From contig CBDBDS010000013.1 of the NCBI GenBank assembly GCA_965203985.1, forward strand, positions 517,802 through 581,801: DNA of 64,000 nt, written 5' to 3'. The stretch is from Dehalococcoidia bacterium (GTDB lineage Bacteria > Chloroflexota > Dehalococcoidia > Lucifugimonadales > UBA3495). The notes beneath the pieces were generated by a model that did no database searches, had not been told where the DNA came from, and saw only the letters and a list, made by a program, of their open reading frames with translations. The position numbers and the translations under genes are program-made. This document shows positions 36,724 to 45,502 of the stretch, piece by piece (the first letter of the stretch is position 1; every line of letters starts with the position of its first letter).

Positions 36724-37509
36724 GTGAACATTGCCGATTTTATCACCGAACTGTACTGCAAAATAGACGATGCCATGCCGCGGGCGCCCCGGCACTCCCA
36801 GGCGGTCCTCGCGCTCAGCGAACTGGTCACCATCGGTGTCCTCTGGGCTATGAAGAACGTCAAGCAGCGGCCCTTCTACCGTTGGCTCAAAGACAACTAT
36901 GGCCACCTCTTTCCCAAACTGCCCCATCGCACCCGGCTCTTCCGCCGCTTACAAGCCCAACAGGACTGGACCGGCTACTTCCTGGCCCAACCCACCGTCC
37001 TGGGCGTGGCCGACAGCTACGGGGTGGAACTGCGCCATCCCGTGCGGGATGGGCGACGGACGGACCAGATCGGCCGGAAAGGCAAGTCCAACCACCGTTG
37101 GATCAGCGGTGGCAAGCTCTGCATCGTACAGAACCAGTGGGGCTTGATCACCGATTGGGACTGCGCTGGCGCCAATGTCCACGACCAGACTTTTCGGCTC
37201 CTGCTCGCTGGCTACGACGGTCAAATGATTATCCTCACCGACACCGGCTTTCACCGGGCTCAAGGCGACCCGGCCAACGTCAAGGTCTGCAAGCGCGGCC
37301 AGTGGAACGTGCGGATGGCGGTGGAAACCACCTTCTCCATGATGTCCGTGGTCTGGAACACCAAAGAGATGCGCCATCGAGTGTGGGAGGGTTTCAGCGC
37401 CCATCTGGCCTACACCGTCGCGGCTTTCAACATCCTGGCGCAATGGAATGGATTGGAACCAGACGCTAATGGACGCATCCACCGCTCTATTGCTCATTTC
37501 ACCCTCTGA
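36724..37509 (+). CDS. DDE transposase, IS982-family-like
   Basis: 261 aa, GTG start. ELYCKIDDAM..., VADSYGVELR, KGKSNHRWISGGKLCIV, ILTDTGF, RMAVETTFSMM. Element ends not resolved. Confidence 0.6.
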   Translation: MNIADFITELYCKIDDAMPRAPRHSQAVLALSELVTIGVLWAMKNVKQRPFYRWLKDNYGHLFPKLPHRTRLFRRLQAQQDWTGYFLAQPTVLGVADSYGVELRHPVRDGRRTDQIGRKGKSNHRWISGGKLCIVQNQWGLITDWDCAGANVHDQTFRLLLAGYDGQMIILTDTGFHRAQGDPANVKVCKRGQWNVRMAVETTFSMMSVVWNTKEMRHRVWEGFSAHLAYTVAAFNILAQWNGLEPDANGRIHRSIAHFTL

Positions 37510-38062
37510 CTCTAACCGGCACCAATGGTTCATACTGCTCTGGCAACCGAATCACAGATCCAATGTCATGGTAGAGAATTGCTTCCCAAAGACGAGTGCC
37601 GTTCAAATCAACGCCAGTAAGGTCGGCATCTGTAAGGTTAGTGCCGGCAAGATTCGTCTCCCAAAGTTCCGCATTGGTGAGCTTGGCACGATAGAGGTTG
37701 GCACCGGTAAGATTTGCATTTCATAGTTGCGCATCAGTGAGATCCGCCTCTTCAAGGTCGGCATTGGTAAGATTGGCATGGATCAATTTTGCGGAGACCA
37801 AACCTGCGGACATGAGTCTGGCTCCAGTCAAGTCAGCGTTCCAAAGATCGGCTCCAGTAAAGTTGGCTCCGTATAGGGCATATTGGGCGAGCGGGGTGGG
37901 CGTCATATGCGGAAGGTCCAGATAATCCGCAAAAAATTCACGAATGTCTGCACCTGATAAATCAACATCTACTCCAAACAGATCGCCATCCTCTTGACAA
38001 TAGCGCGTGTTCCATGCCTCCTTTCCTTTAAGCAACCACTCGACATGCTGCTGGTTAGCCAT
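37499..38062 (-). pseudogene. Pentapeptide-repeat protein interrupted by an in-frame TGA (37721-37723)
   Basis: ORF 37721..38062 ends ...ADLTDAQL-TGA. The same frame continues NANLTGANLYRAKLTNAELWETNLAGTNLTDADLTGVDL... to TGA at 37499-37501. The stop sits where the repeat pattern has Trp (compare ADLWNADL, AELWETNL). Confidence 0.65.
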
Positions 38063-38243
38063 CTCAGAACCTCCTTACACTGATATTCCAAATCAGTTGA
38101 TTCTAACAGAATCCGACGAATACAAAACTTTTGTTGAGTGCCGCAACCTCGCCACGCTACCCGCCGCTACACGTTGATACAGCGCGGTAGGATGACTACG
38201 GCGGCGGCGCGTTCTTGGGTGTGAGTTAGTGCCACACCATCGT

Positions 38244-39740
38244 TCACACCCGCAGTATCCCCCGTATCCGCAACTGCTGTTTCAGGTAGCCCATGTCACG
38301 GTTGCCCTTGATGGCGTTGCAGGTGTGGCACATCAGCCACAGGTTGGCTACGGAGACCTGGCCGCCCCGGGACCGCGGCGTGATGTGATCGATGGTCAGC
38401 ACGTGCAGGGGCAATTCGTACTCGCAGCCGGCGCACCTGCCGTGTTGACTGCGATACAGCAAGGCCCGGTCCGACTGAGGGTCAGCCGGGCTCAATAACG
38501 TCAGGTCGTTTCTTCGGGGAGGCTCCCGCAGCACCATTGGGGTCCAGTCCTCCCACGGCTTTTCGTCGCCACCGTTCATCGGTATTTGCAATTCCCGCCT
38601 GGCCCGTTGCGTCAGCACCTCGGCAGCCTGTGGCAGTATGTCAATGCCAATCCATTGCCGATCCAGCTTTTCGGCGGCGATGCACGCCGTGGCGCAGCCG
38701 CAGAACGGATCCAGCACCAGGTCGCCCGGGCTGGACGAGGCGTTGATGATGCGCTCCAGCAGCGCCAGGGGCTTTTGCGTCCGCCATCCCGTCCGCTCAA
38801 CGGACCGGGGCGGTATGGGACGTATGTCAGTCCACTGGTTGGTGGGGACCTGACCCGTGTTACTGGCGAGGTAGCGCTTCAGGGATGGCATAACATTGTC
38901 GCCTGGGTAATAAATCAACCCTGCTGCATCGAGCGCATCCAAACGCTCCAGTGGACTGGCAATGTCGCGGTAGCCGGAAGTTACATTCCCGTCAATCCAG
39001 GCGGCGTAACTTCCCGTCATGGGAACTGCCCAGTGCCGCCCGATTCGGTTAGGGTCATGCCCGCGCCAGGGCTGTCCCGTTTCCCCATAACGCAATTCTG
39101 CCGCGGTAAGGTCTCCCAAGCGGTACGCGCCCCGCTCGTCTTCGTGCCGGTAAAACTGTTCTACATAGTCGTCGTCCAGCGGAATACGGACTTCGTTTGA
39201 GTTTATCCTGGGCTGCCGGCTGTAAAACAGAATGATGTCGCGCACCCTGCCGAAGTTTCGTGGATCGTTATGCGCGGAAGTGCGTTGCCAGCTTATTTGC
39301 GCCCGGTAATTGTTTGCCCCAAAGATCGCGTCCATCACCGATTGCAGGTAGTGGCCGGCCGTATCGTCACAGTGCAGGTAGATGCTGCCCGCCGGTTTCA
39401 GCACCCGGTGGAGTTCCAGCAACCGGATGCTCATGAACGTCAGATAGCCGGCCATGCTCTCCCCGTGGGACAGCCGAGCGCCGTTGACGAGGTGAAACAA
39501 CGCCGGCAGCCGGTATTCGATCTCATCGATCCACTCCTCTTTCATATCGTCCAGCGTCCATACGTCGTCGAACTCGGCGCCCCGGGCCTCGCTGTCCAGC
39601 GGCGCGGCGTAGGTCCGGTTGGAGTTGAACGGCGGGTCCAGATAAATGAGATCAACGCACTCGGAGTTGATCCCCCGCAGGATGTCCAGGTTGTCCCCGG
39701 TGAAAATGGTGCGGCTGGGCACGTTGCACGCGCTGGGCAT
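38244..39740 (-). CDS. DNA methyltransferase (N6A/N4C, beta-class order) fused to a C-terminal HNH nuclease domain
   Basis: Motif IV LIYLDPPFNSN precedes motif I VLDPFCGCATA. C-terminal CAGCEYELP...IDHITPRSRGG...NLWLMCHTCNAIKG is an HNH domain with CxxC pairs. Confidence 0.8.
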   Translation of the reverse strand: MPSACNVPSRTIFTGDNLDILRGINSECVDLIYLDPPFNSNRTYAAPLDSEARGAEFDDVWTLDDMKEEWIDEIEYRLPALFHLVNGARLSHGESMAGYLTFMSIRLLELHRVLKPAGSIYLHCDDTAGHYLQSVMDAIFGANNYRAQISWQRTSAHNDPRNFGRVRDIILFYSRQPRINSNEVRIPLDDDYVEQFYRHEDERGAYRLGDLTAAELRYGETGQPWRGHDPNRIGRHWAVPMTGSYAAWIDGNVTSGYRDIASPLERLDALDAAGLIYYPGDNVMPSLKRYLASNTGQVPTNQWTDIRPIPPRSVERTGWRTQKPLALLERIINASSSPGDLVLDPFCGCATACIAAEKLDRQWIGIDILPQAAEVLTQRARRELQIPMNGGDEKPWEDWTPMVLREPPRRNDLTLLSPADPQSDRALLYRSQHGRCAGCEYELPLHVLTIDHITPRSRGGQVSVANLWLMCHTCNAIKGNRDMGYLKQQLRIRGILRV

Positions 39741-39897
39741 AAGATCACCTCAGGGGAGAGTCTAGCAGCCGTCAAAGACGGCGGACAAGGCAGAAGTGTC
39801 ACCAACTGCACCTCGCTCTCCGAACGACGGTGCGGCCAACCCGCCCGGTGTAGTACGATTGCTGCGAGCAATCCGTAATCCAAGGAGCCCACCCACC

Positions 39898-40320
39898 ATG
39901 TCCACCACCCCCGTTTACACCTACACCTACGACCACATCCATGTCCGCACCAAGGACCCGGAGGGCATGGCCACCTTCTTCGAGACCATGTTCGGCGCCA
40001 CGGTGCTGCGCCTCATCCAGAGCGACGGCGTGCCCCGCGTCGACCTGGACGTGAACGGCCTGGCCATCTTCATCGCCTCCGTACCGCCCGAGGAGCACAT
40101 CGACCTGAGCCCGCGCGACCCGCACCTGGGACTGGACCACTTCGGCTTCCGCGTTGATGACATCGACGGCGCCGTCGAGGACCTGCGCAGCAAAGGCGCG
40201 GAGATCTACGTGGAGCCCCGCACCATCCGCCCCGGCGTCCGCATCGCCTTCGTCCGCGGCCCAGACGACGTGCGCATCGAGATCCTCCAACGCGACGGCT
40301 CCGGGTTAATGGAGGAGTAG
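39898..40320 (+). CDS. VOC (glyoxalase/bleomycin resistance) family protein
   Basis: AAGGAG RBS. YDHIHVRTKDPE, LDHFGFRVDDIDGAV. Confidence 0.75.
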   Translation: MSTTPVYTYTYDHIHVRTKDPEGMATFFETMFGATVLRLIQSDGVPRVDLDVNGLAIFIASVPPEEHIDLSPRDPHLGLDHFGFRVDDIDGAVEDLRSKGAEIYVEPRTIRPGVRIAFVRGPDDVRIEILQRDGSGLMEE

Positions 40321-40366
40321 TCGGGAAGCCGCTTATCCTGCAGCGGAGTTGAGCCGTTGGCGAGGT

Positions 40367-40732
40367 TCAGGCTGGCGAGGGGGCCGGCGCAAGCAATTGC
40401 AACAGACCGGCAAATGCCTCCGGAATCAGCAATCCGATCAAGGCCAGCAATTCTAGGACGAACCATCCGTACAGGTTGCGCGCAATGCGCCTTTTGGTTG
40501 TTCTCCGTCGTCCAAGTTCGTCGGGTGTCGAGAAAATAACCCTACTGCCCAAGTGGAGCACACTCAGGTATGCAAGTATCGCGATTACTGCAAGCGAATA
40601 CGTTGCCCAGGACGTAACAACTTCCGTGACGTCAGCGGTAAACAGCGCAACGCCTGCTGCTGCCGTTGCCACGGTGACTATGCCCAAGGATATTGTATTC
40701 CAATGGCGTTCCCATTCCTGGCTATCCGGCAT
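40367..40732 (-). CDS. Hypothetical membrane protein
   Basis: Internal ATG of ORF 40367..40828; three hydrophobic segments. Confidence 0.4.
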   Translation of the reverse strand: MPDSQEWERHWNTISLGIVTVATAAAGVALFTADVTEVVTSWATYSLAVIAILAYLSVLHLGSRVIFSTPDELGRRRTTKRRIARNLYGWFVLELLALIGLLIPEAFAGLLQLLAPAPSPA

Positions 40733-41069
40733 TTTGAGACTCTCCGGCCCGCGACTTTCGCCGGCCTTTATCGGTACTGTAGCGATAGCCGCGCCAGGTT
40801 TCCCATGTGGCATAACTGCCGGGCGCAATCATCAGGAAGATGCCGCCGGCAGCTACCCCTGCGATTCTAGTGGCGTCTTCCAAAGTGAAAGCTATTGACA
40901 GAAACATGACGCCAAAGAACCACCCTCCCCCCCACGCTATCGCGACCCATTGCAAGTCCTTCCGCAAGAACGACAGGAAAGTTTCTCTTTCACCGGAATC
41001 AGCGGCTTGGGCCGGAGCGTCGGTTGAGCCTGCATCTAACGGGGTATCGTGCGGTGTTTCGCCGGCCAT
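40722..41069 (-). CDS. Hypothetical membrane protein
   Basis: 115-aa ORF with two hydrophobic segments; overlaps the next ORF by 11 nt. Confidence 0.4.
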   Translation of the reverse strand: MAGETPHDTPLDAGSTDAPAQAADSGERETFLSFLRKDLQWVAIAWGGGWFFGVMFLSIAFTLEDATRIAGVAAGGIFLMIAPGSYATWETWRGYRYSTDKGRRKSRAGESQNAG

Positions 41070-41187
41070 TCTGGCACCTCCGCTTAGAGCTGCGCGCGTA
41101 GCCAGTCTATCACGTCAGCCCTTCCCCGACTTGTCGCGTGATACCCTGTCGGCCGGACACAAACCACGAAGTTGAGGACACCTATCC

Positions 41188-42315
41188 ATGCCCCGCGCCG
41201 CTTTCGTCTACGACGACGCCATGAGCCAGCACGTGTTGCGCCAGGACCACCCCATGCGCCCCGTCCGCCTGCGGCACACCTACGAGTTGTTGGACGCCTA
41301 CGACGCCTTCGACGGCGTCGATTCCCTGCTGGTCACCCCGACCCTGGCCGATGAGACCAGTGTGGGGGCGTTTCATTCCCGCGACTACATGGCCGCTGTG
41401 AGGACCTTCAGCCTGGGTCTCACCGGCTTCCAGCCCCAGCGCTTCGGCTTCGCCCAGGGCGGCGACAACCCGACCTACCCTGGCATGTACGAGGCCGCCA
41501 TGCTCAGCACCGGCGCGACCCTCACCGCCGCGCGCATGGTCGCCGACGGCGAGGTTCCGGCTGCGTTCAACATCAGCGGCGGCCTGCACCACGCGGCGGC
41601 CCGCAACGCCAGCGGCTTCTGCGTGTTCAACGACCCCGTGGTCGCCATCATGTACCTGCTGCAGCGCGGCCTCCGCGTCGCCTACGTGGACATCGACGCC
41701 CACCACGGCGACGGCGTGCAGGACGCCTTCTACGACGACCCCCGCGTGCTCACCATCTCGGTGCACGAGTCGGGTCGGTATCTCTTCCCGGGCACCGGCT
41801 TCGCCGGCGAGGTCGGCTCCGGCGAGGGCATCGGCTACGCCGTCAACCTGCCCCTGTATCCCTACACCGACGACGAGATCTACCTGGCGGCCTTCGAGTC
41901 CGTGGTGCCGCCACTGCTTGAAGCCTTCGCGCCCGACGTGCTGCTCACCCAGCTGGGCATCGACTCCTACCACACCGATCCGCTGACCCACCTGCAGGTC
42001 ACCAGCCGGGGCTTCATCGCCGCCGTCACGCGGCTGGGCGGGCTGGGCTATCCGTGGCTGGCCACCGGCGGCGGCGGATACGATATCGGCGCGGTGGCCC
42101 GCTGCTGGACCCTGGCCTACGGCGTTATGTGCGGCGCCGACTGGCCCGATCGCATCCCCACGGCGGCCATCGAGCGGCTGGGCCGCACCACACTGCGTGA
42201 CACCGAGATACCGGAGATACCGGATCACATCCGCGCCGACGCCCGCGCCCTGGCGTCAGAGAGCGTGGCCGCCATTAAAGACGCGGTGTTCCCGGTTCAC
42301 GGCCTGTCCGCATAG
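41188..42315 (+). CDS. Histone deacetylase family protein / acetoin utilization AcuC-like
   Basis: GGLHHAAARNASGFCVFND, DIDAHHGDGVQDAFYDD. Confidence 0.85.
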   Translation: MPRAAFVYDDAMSQHVLRQDHPMRPVRLRHTYELLDAYDAFDGVDSLLVTPTLADETSVGAFHSRDYMAAVRTFSLGLTGFQPQRFGFAQGGDNPTYPGMYEAAMLSTGATLTAARMVADGEVPAAFNISGGLHHAAARNASGFCVFNDPVVAIMYLLQRGLRVAYVDIDAHHGDGVQDAFYDDPRVLTISVHESGRYLFPGTGFAGEVGSGEGIGYAVNLPLYPYTDDEIYLAAFESVVPPLLEAFAPDVLLTQLGIDSYHTDPLTHLQVTSRGFIAAVTRLGGLGYPWLATGGGGYDIGAVARCWTLAYGVMCGADWPDRIPTAAIERLGRTTLRDTEIPEIPDHIRADARALASESVAAIKDAVFPVHGLSA

Positions 42316-42334
42316 CCCTGGAGCCGGATGGATA

Positions 42335-43147
42335 TTAGATCTGGGATATATCTACCTCGTCGGGACGGGGTTCGTTAAACTCCAGTCCCTGCGCCAACGC
42401 CGCATCCCGGCGGGCGATCCAGGCAACCCACTGCTCGCCGGTGCGGGCGGTGACTTCCTCAGTGACCTGGGCGGTGACTTCCTCAGTGACCTGGGCGGTG
42501 ACTTCCTCAGTGACCTGGGCGGTGACTTCCTCAGTGACCTGGGCGGTGACTTCCTCAGTGACCTGGGCGGTGACTTCCTCAGTGACCTGGGCGGTGACTT
42601 CCTCAGTGACCTGGGCGGTGACTTCCTCAGTGACCTGGGCGGTGACTTCCTCAGTGACCTGGGCGGTGACTTCCTCAGTCACTCGGGCAGCAACTGCCGC
42701 GCGGATTTTGTCGGCGTTTGGAGCGACTATCCTGGCGTCGATGATAGGGTCCAGGATTTTTTCATTGATGAATTGGGATAACGACATCAGGATCCTCCCG
42801 GCTGTACTCAGAACGGGCGTAAGCACCAAAGCGACAGCCGTCAGGGGGACGACAATGTTGCCAAATCGCTGTAAGACGATATAGGCGGTTCCATCTCCGA
42901 TGTGCGGCGGCGGAGATGCCCATTGTATCACTGGGAGCGAGGTCGGGGAGTATTGGGCATAAGCCAGTACGATAGCGGCCGCTATCCATAGGCTGTATAG
43001 AAGTAGAAAGAAAAGCCTCGCTTCCCGCCTGCGGATGCTCCAGGTTGGTACTCGTTCGCCGTCATCTGGTTGATAGAGGACGCTGCCGATAATTCTCAAA
43101 ATAGCGGCAACGGTAGACCCCGCTACCACCAGAAATCGTAACGACAT
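42335..43147 (-). CDS. Membrane protein with a 10x VTEEVTAQ octapeptide repeat
   Basis: N-terminal hydrophobic helices, then 9 perfect and 1 variant 8-aa repeats encoded by the 24-bp tandem repeat. Confidence 0.6.
   Translation of the reverse strand: MSLRFLVVAGSTVAAILRIIGSVLYQPDDGERVPTWSIRRREARLFFLLLYSLWIAAAIVLAYAQYSPTSLPVIQWASPPPHIGDGTAYIVLQRFGNIVVPLTAVALVLTPVLSTAGRILMSLSQFINEKILDPIIDARIVAPNADKIRAAVAARVTEEVTAQVTEEVTAQVTEEVTAQVTEEVTAQVTEEVTAQVTEEVTAQVTEEVTAQVTEEVTAQVTEEVTAQVTEEVTARTGEQWVAWIARRDAALAQGLEFNEPRPDEVDISQI
42445..42684. repeat. Perfect 24-bp tandem repeat, 9 identical units + 1 variant
   Basis: Unit gggcggtgacttcctcagtgacct repeated head-to-tail; last unit gggcggtgacttcctcagtcactc. 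Confidence 0.95.
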
Positions 43148-43183
43148 TCCTCCCCTCTCTATCGCGAACGTTCAAACGTCGGT

Positions 43184-44077
43184 TCACGGCCTGGAGGCGT
43201 AGCCCTCACGACCCGGCGGCACGCAGCGGACCGCCGTGGTGATGAACCCGCTGTGCGCCACCATGCGGTGGGCCGGCCGCACGCTGCGCCGGGACACGTT
43301 CCACCCCCGCAGCATGGTCTCGGCGGTCTCCACCCGGGCGAAACGGCCATCACTGTTCAGCGCCAGCACCAACTCCTGCACCTGTAGTATCGTGGGCAGA
43401 AAGGACAGCAGTATGCCGCCGGTGATCAGCGCGTTGGCGGCGGCGTCCACGGCGTGCCACGGCTCCGGCAGGTCCAGTATCACCCGGTCAACGTCGGTAT
43501 CCGAGATGCCCTCGAAGATGTCGCCTACAGTGACCTCATGGCGCGAGGTGTCGGGTATCACGGAGCGCACGTTGGACAGCGCCTTGTTCACCACCGCCTC
43601 GTTGATCTCGTAAGAGTGCACGCGCCCGTTGGGACCAACGGCGCGCAACAGGGCGGTGGTCAGCGCGCCCGAGCCGAACCCGGCCTCGACCACCGTGGCC
43701 CCGGGGAAGATGTCGGCCATGGACACGATGTTGCCCAGGTCCTTGGCGTAGATAACCTGGGGACCTCGCGGCATCAGGCGCACGTAGTCGCCCAGGGTGG
43801 GCCGGATGCCCAGCATCACGTGGCCGCGGCTGGTGGTGTACCAGCCGCCCACGGGCTGCCCGATCACGTCGTCGTGGGGCAGCCATCCCAGGTGGCAGTG
43901 GAACTCGCCGCCGGGACTCAGCGTCTCCTGGTAAGTGCGGCCCTTGCGGTCCAGGAACAGGGCCAGTTCTCCGGCGCGGAACCGGCTGCGGTCGCCAGCA
44001 TCAGCCTCCGTCATCGCCGGGGGCGCACCCCCGTTGCAATCCTGATCGTTGCTGGCATCATCGTCGGGCGTTGTCAT
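43184..44077 (-). CDS. trmI: tRNA (adenine-N1)-methyltransferase (TrmI/Gcd14 family)
   Basis: QVIYAKDLGNIV, VVEAGFGSGALT SAM motif, VILDLPEPW. Confidence 0.85.
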   Translation of the reverse strand: MTTPDDDASNDQDCNGGAPPAMTEADAGDRSRFRAGELALFLDRKGRTYQETLSPGGEFHCHLGWLPHDDVIGQPVGGWYTTSRGHVMLGIRPTLGDYVRLMPRGPQVIYAKDLGNIVSMADIFPGATVVEAGFGSGALTTALLRAVGPNGRVHSYEINEAVVNKALSNVRSVIPDTSRHEVTVGDIFEGISDTDVDRVILDLPEPWHAVDAAANALITGGILLSFLPTILQVQELVLALNSDGRFARVETAETMLRGWNVSRRSVRPAHRMVAHSGFITTAVRCVPPGREGYASRP

Positions 44078-44097
44078 TGGTGTATTATACCGCCGTT

Positions 44098-44496
44098 ATG
44101 CAGGAGCGGATGTTCACCCGGGAAGAGGCCAACGACCTGGTGCCGTGGCTGGAAGAGCGGTTTGAGGCCATGGCGCCGCTGCGGGCCGAACTGGTGCGCC
44201 AGCAGGAGGAGTTGCTGTCCCTGCTGCGCCACCGCCGCAGCAACGGCCACTCCAGCAGCGAGGAAGACATCGCCGAGTCGGAGCGCATCGTCTCCCAGCT
44301 CACCCAGCGCCTGCAGGACGCCGTGCGGGAGATCACCGAGCGGGGCATCCAGGTGCGCGACATCGGCCGCGGCCTGGTGGACTTCCCGTCCCGACGCGAG
44401 GGCGAGGTGGTGTACCTCTGCTGGCAGCGCGGCGAACCCTCCATCGACTGGTGGCACCCCACGGATACGGGCTTCGCGGGGCGGCGACCGCTGTAG
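44098..44496 (+). CDS. DUF2203 domain-containing protein
   Basis: FTREEANDLVPWLE..., GIQVRDIGRGLVDFP, VYLCWQRGE. Confidence 0.7.
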   Translation: MQERMFTREEANDLVPWLEERFEAMAPLRAELVRQQEELLSLLRHRRSNGHSSSEEDIAESERIVSQLTQRLQDAVREITERGIQVRDIGRGLVDFPSRREGEVVYLCWQRGEPSIDWWHPTDTGFAGRRPL

Positions 44497-44518
44497 CCCG
44501 CTAGGAACAGGCCGCTTC

Positions 44519-44695
44519 TAATGCAACGTTAGAGGCCAAAAGGTTTCGTTGTTTGGTAGGCAACGCAAGGATCCTTGCATTAGAGACGGAGAAGTGCAAG
44601 GTGGTGGCCGTAAGGTTGCATTGTCTAGCGGTAAATGCAAGCATCCTTGCATTGGCGGCAGCATAATGCAAGGTTTGTGCGATATCCTTGCGTAA
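44519..44695 (+). promoter_or_regulatory. Cluster of ATGCAAGG/CCTTGCAT half-sites and palindromes upstream of the Fic gene
   Basis: Perfect 14-bp palindrome gcaaggatccttgc (44565-44578), near-palindrome atgcaagcatccttgcat (44635-44652), plus at least 5 further half-sites. Confidence 0.45.
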
Positions 44696-45502
44696 GCCGG
44701 CTGGTGCCCAAAATCAGTCGAACTAGTGCGAGTATGGTGATGCGAGAATCTGATTTCACAGATGCAAGCCCGGGAAATCTGGTGCCAGCGGATACCTTAG
44801 ATGGTAGTTACTGGCCTGCTTTCGTACCCGACCCGTTGCCACCGGAAATAGACTGGAGCAACGAGACCGTAAGCCTGCTTTCTCGCGCGGACTGGGCATT
44901 AAGCCATTTGGATGGTCGAGGCGCCGATTCGCCCGACCCGCACCCATTGATAGGTCCAATGTCAACGCGCGAAGCGGTGGCGTCAACTAGGATCGAGGGC
45001 GGCTTGTCCGATATTTTAGCCCTCTACAGGTATCAGATCGATGAAACCGATGATGAACGCCATGATGCAGAAGAAGTGAACAACCACATAAAGGCGATGC
45101 GGTTCGGGTTAGAACGTTTGGAAAGCCTCCCAGTGAGCCTGCGCCTAATTCGTGAAGTTCACGAAATGCTGATGTCAGGAGTTCGTGGACAACAGCGTCG
45201 TCCCGGGGAGTTTCGCACAGTACAGGCCATCATTAGCGGCCCAATAGGAGGGATCCAGAACGCGCGCTACGTTCCTCCACCGCATGCGAACATGATGCCA
45301 GCTCTTCACGCACTAGAGAATTTTTGGCACGAGCCGTCAGATTTGCCCATTCTGGTACAGCTGGCGCTCATACATTACCAGTTCGAGGCGATCCACCCAT
45401 TTGAGGATGGTAACGGACGAACTGGTAGGTTGCTGCTGACGTTGCTGTTGTGTTCCAGGGGATATTTGACCCATCCTTGGTTGTACCTCAGCGATTACTT
45501 AG

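Noticed and set aside
36671-36726. The 11-bp inverted repeat cacgaggttcc/ggaacctcgtg as the terminal inverted repeats of the IS982-like element
   Set aside because: Both arms lie on the same (left) side of the transposase gene, so they cannot be the two IS termini. I could not find a convincing matching right end near 37510-37560, so the element boundaries are left undefined.
37721-37723. In-frame TGA in the pentapeptide-repeat gene as selenocysteine or as Trp recoding (genetic code 4)
   Set aside because: The column is a Trp position in the repeat, not a Cys/redox site, and I saw no convincing downstream hairpin. TGA terminates many clearly complete genes here and conserved genes have no internal TGA. 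A TGG->TGA nonsense change or a sequencing error is simpler.
41182-42228. 348-aa minus-strand ORF opposite the HDAC/AcuC-like gene
   Set aside because: It is antisense to a gene with canonical deacetylase motifs (DIDAHHGDG) and has shadow-ORF composition.
42445-42684. The regular 24-bp repeat array as a possible CRISPR array
   Set aside because: The units are contiguous with no spacers, the array is in frame within a coding ORF, and there are no cas genes in the window.
42197-42781. Plus-strand ORF translating the 24-bp repeat as (GGDFLSDL)n
   Set aside because: It starts inside the 3' end of the AcuC-like gene and has an Arg/Pro-rich leader. The minus-strand frame has a coherent membrane N-terminus and follows trmI on the same strand.
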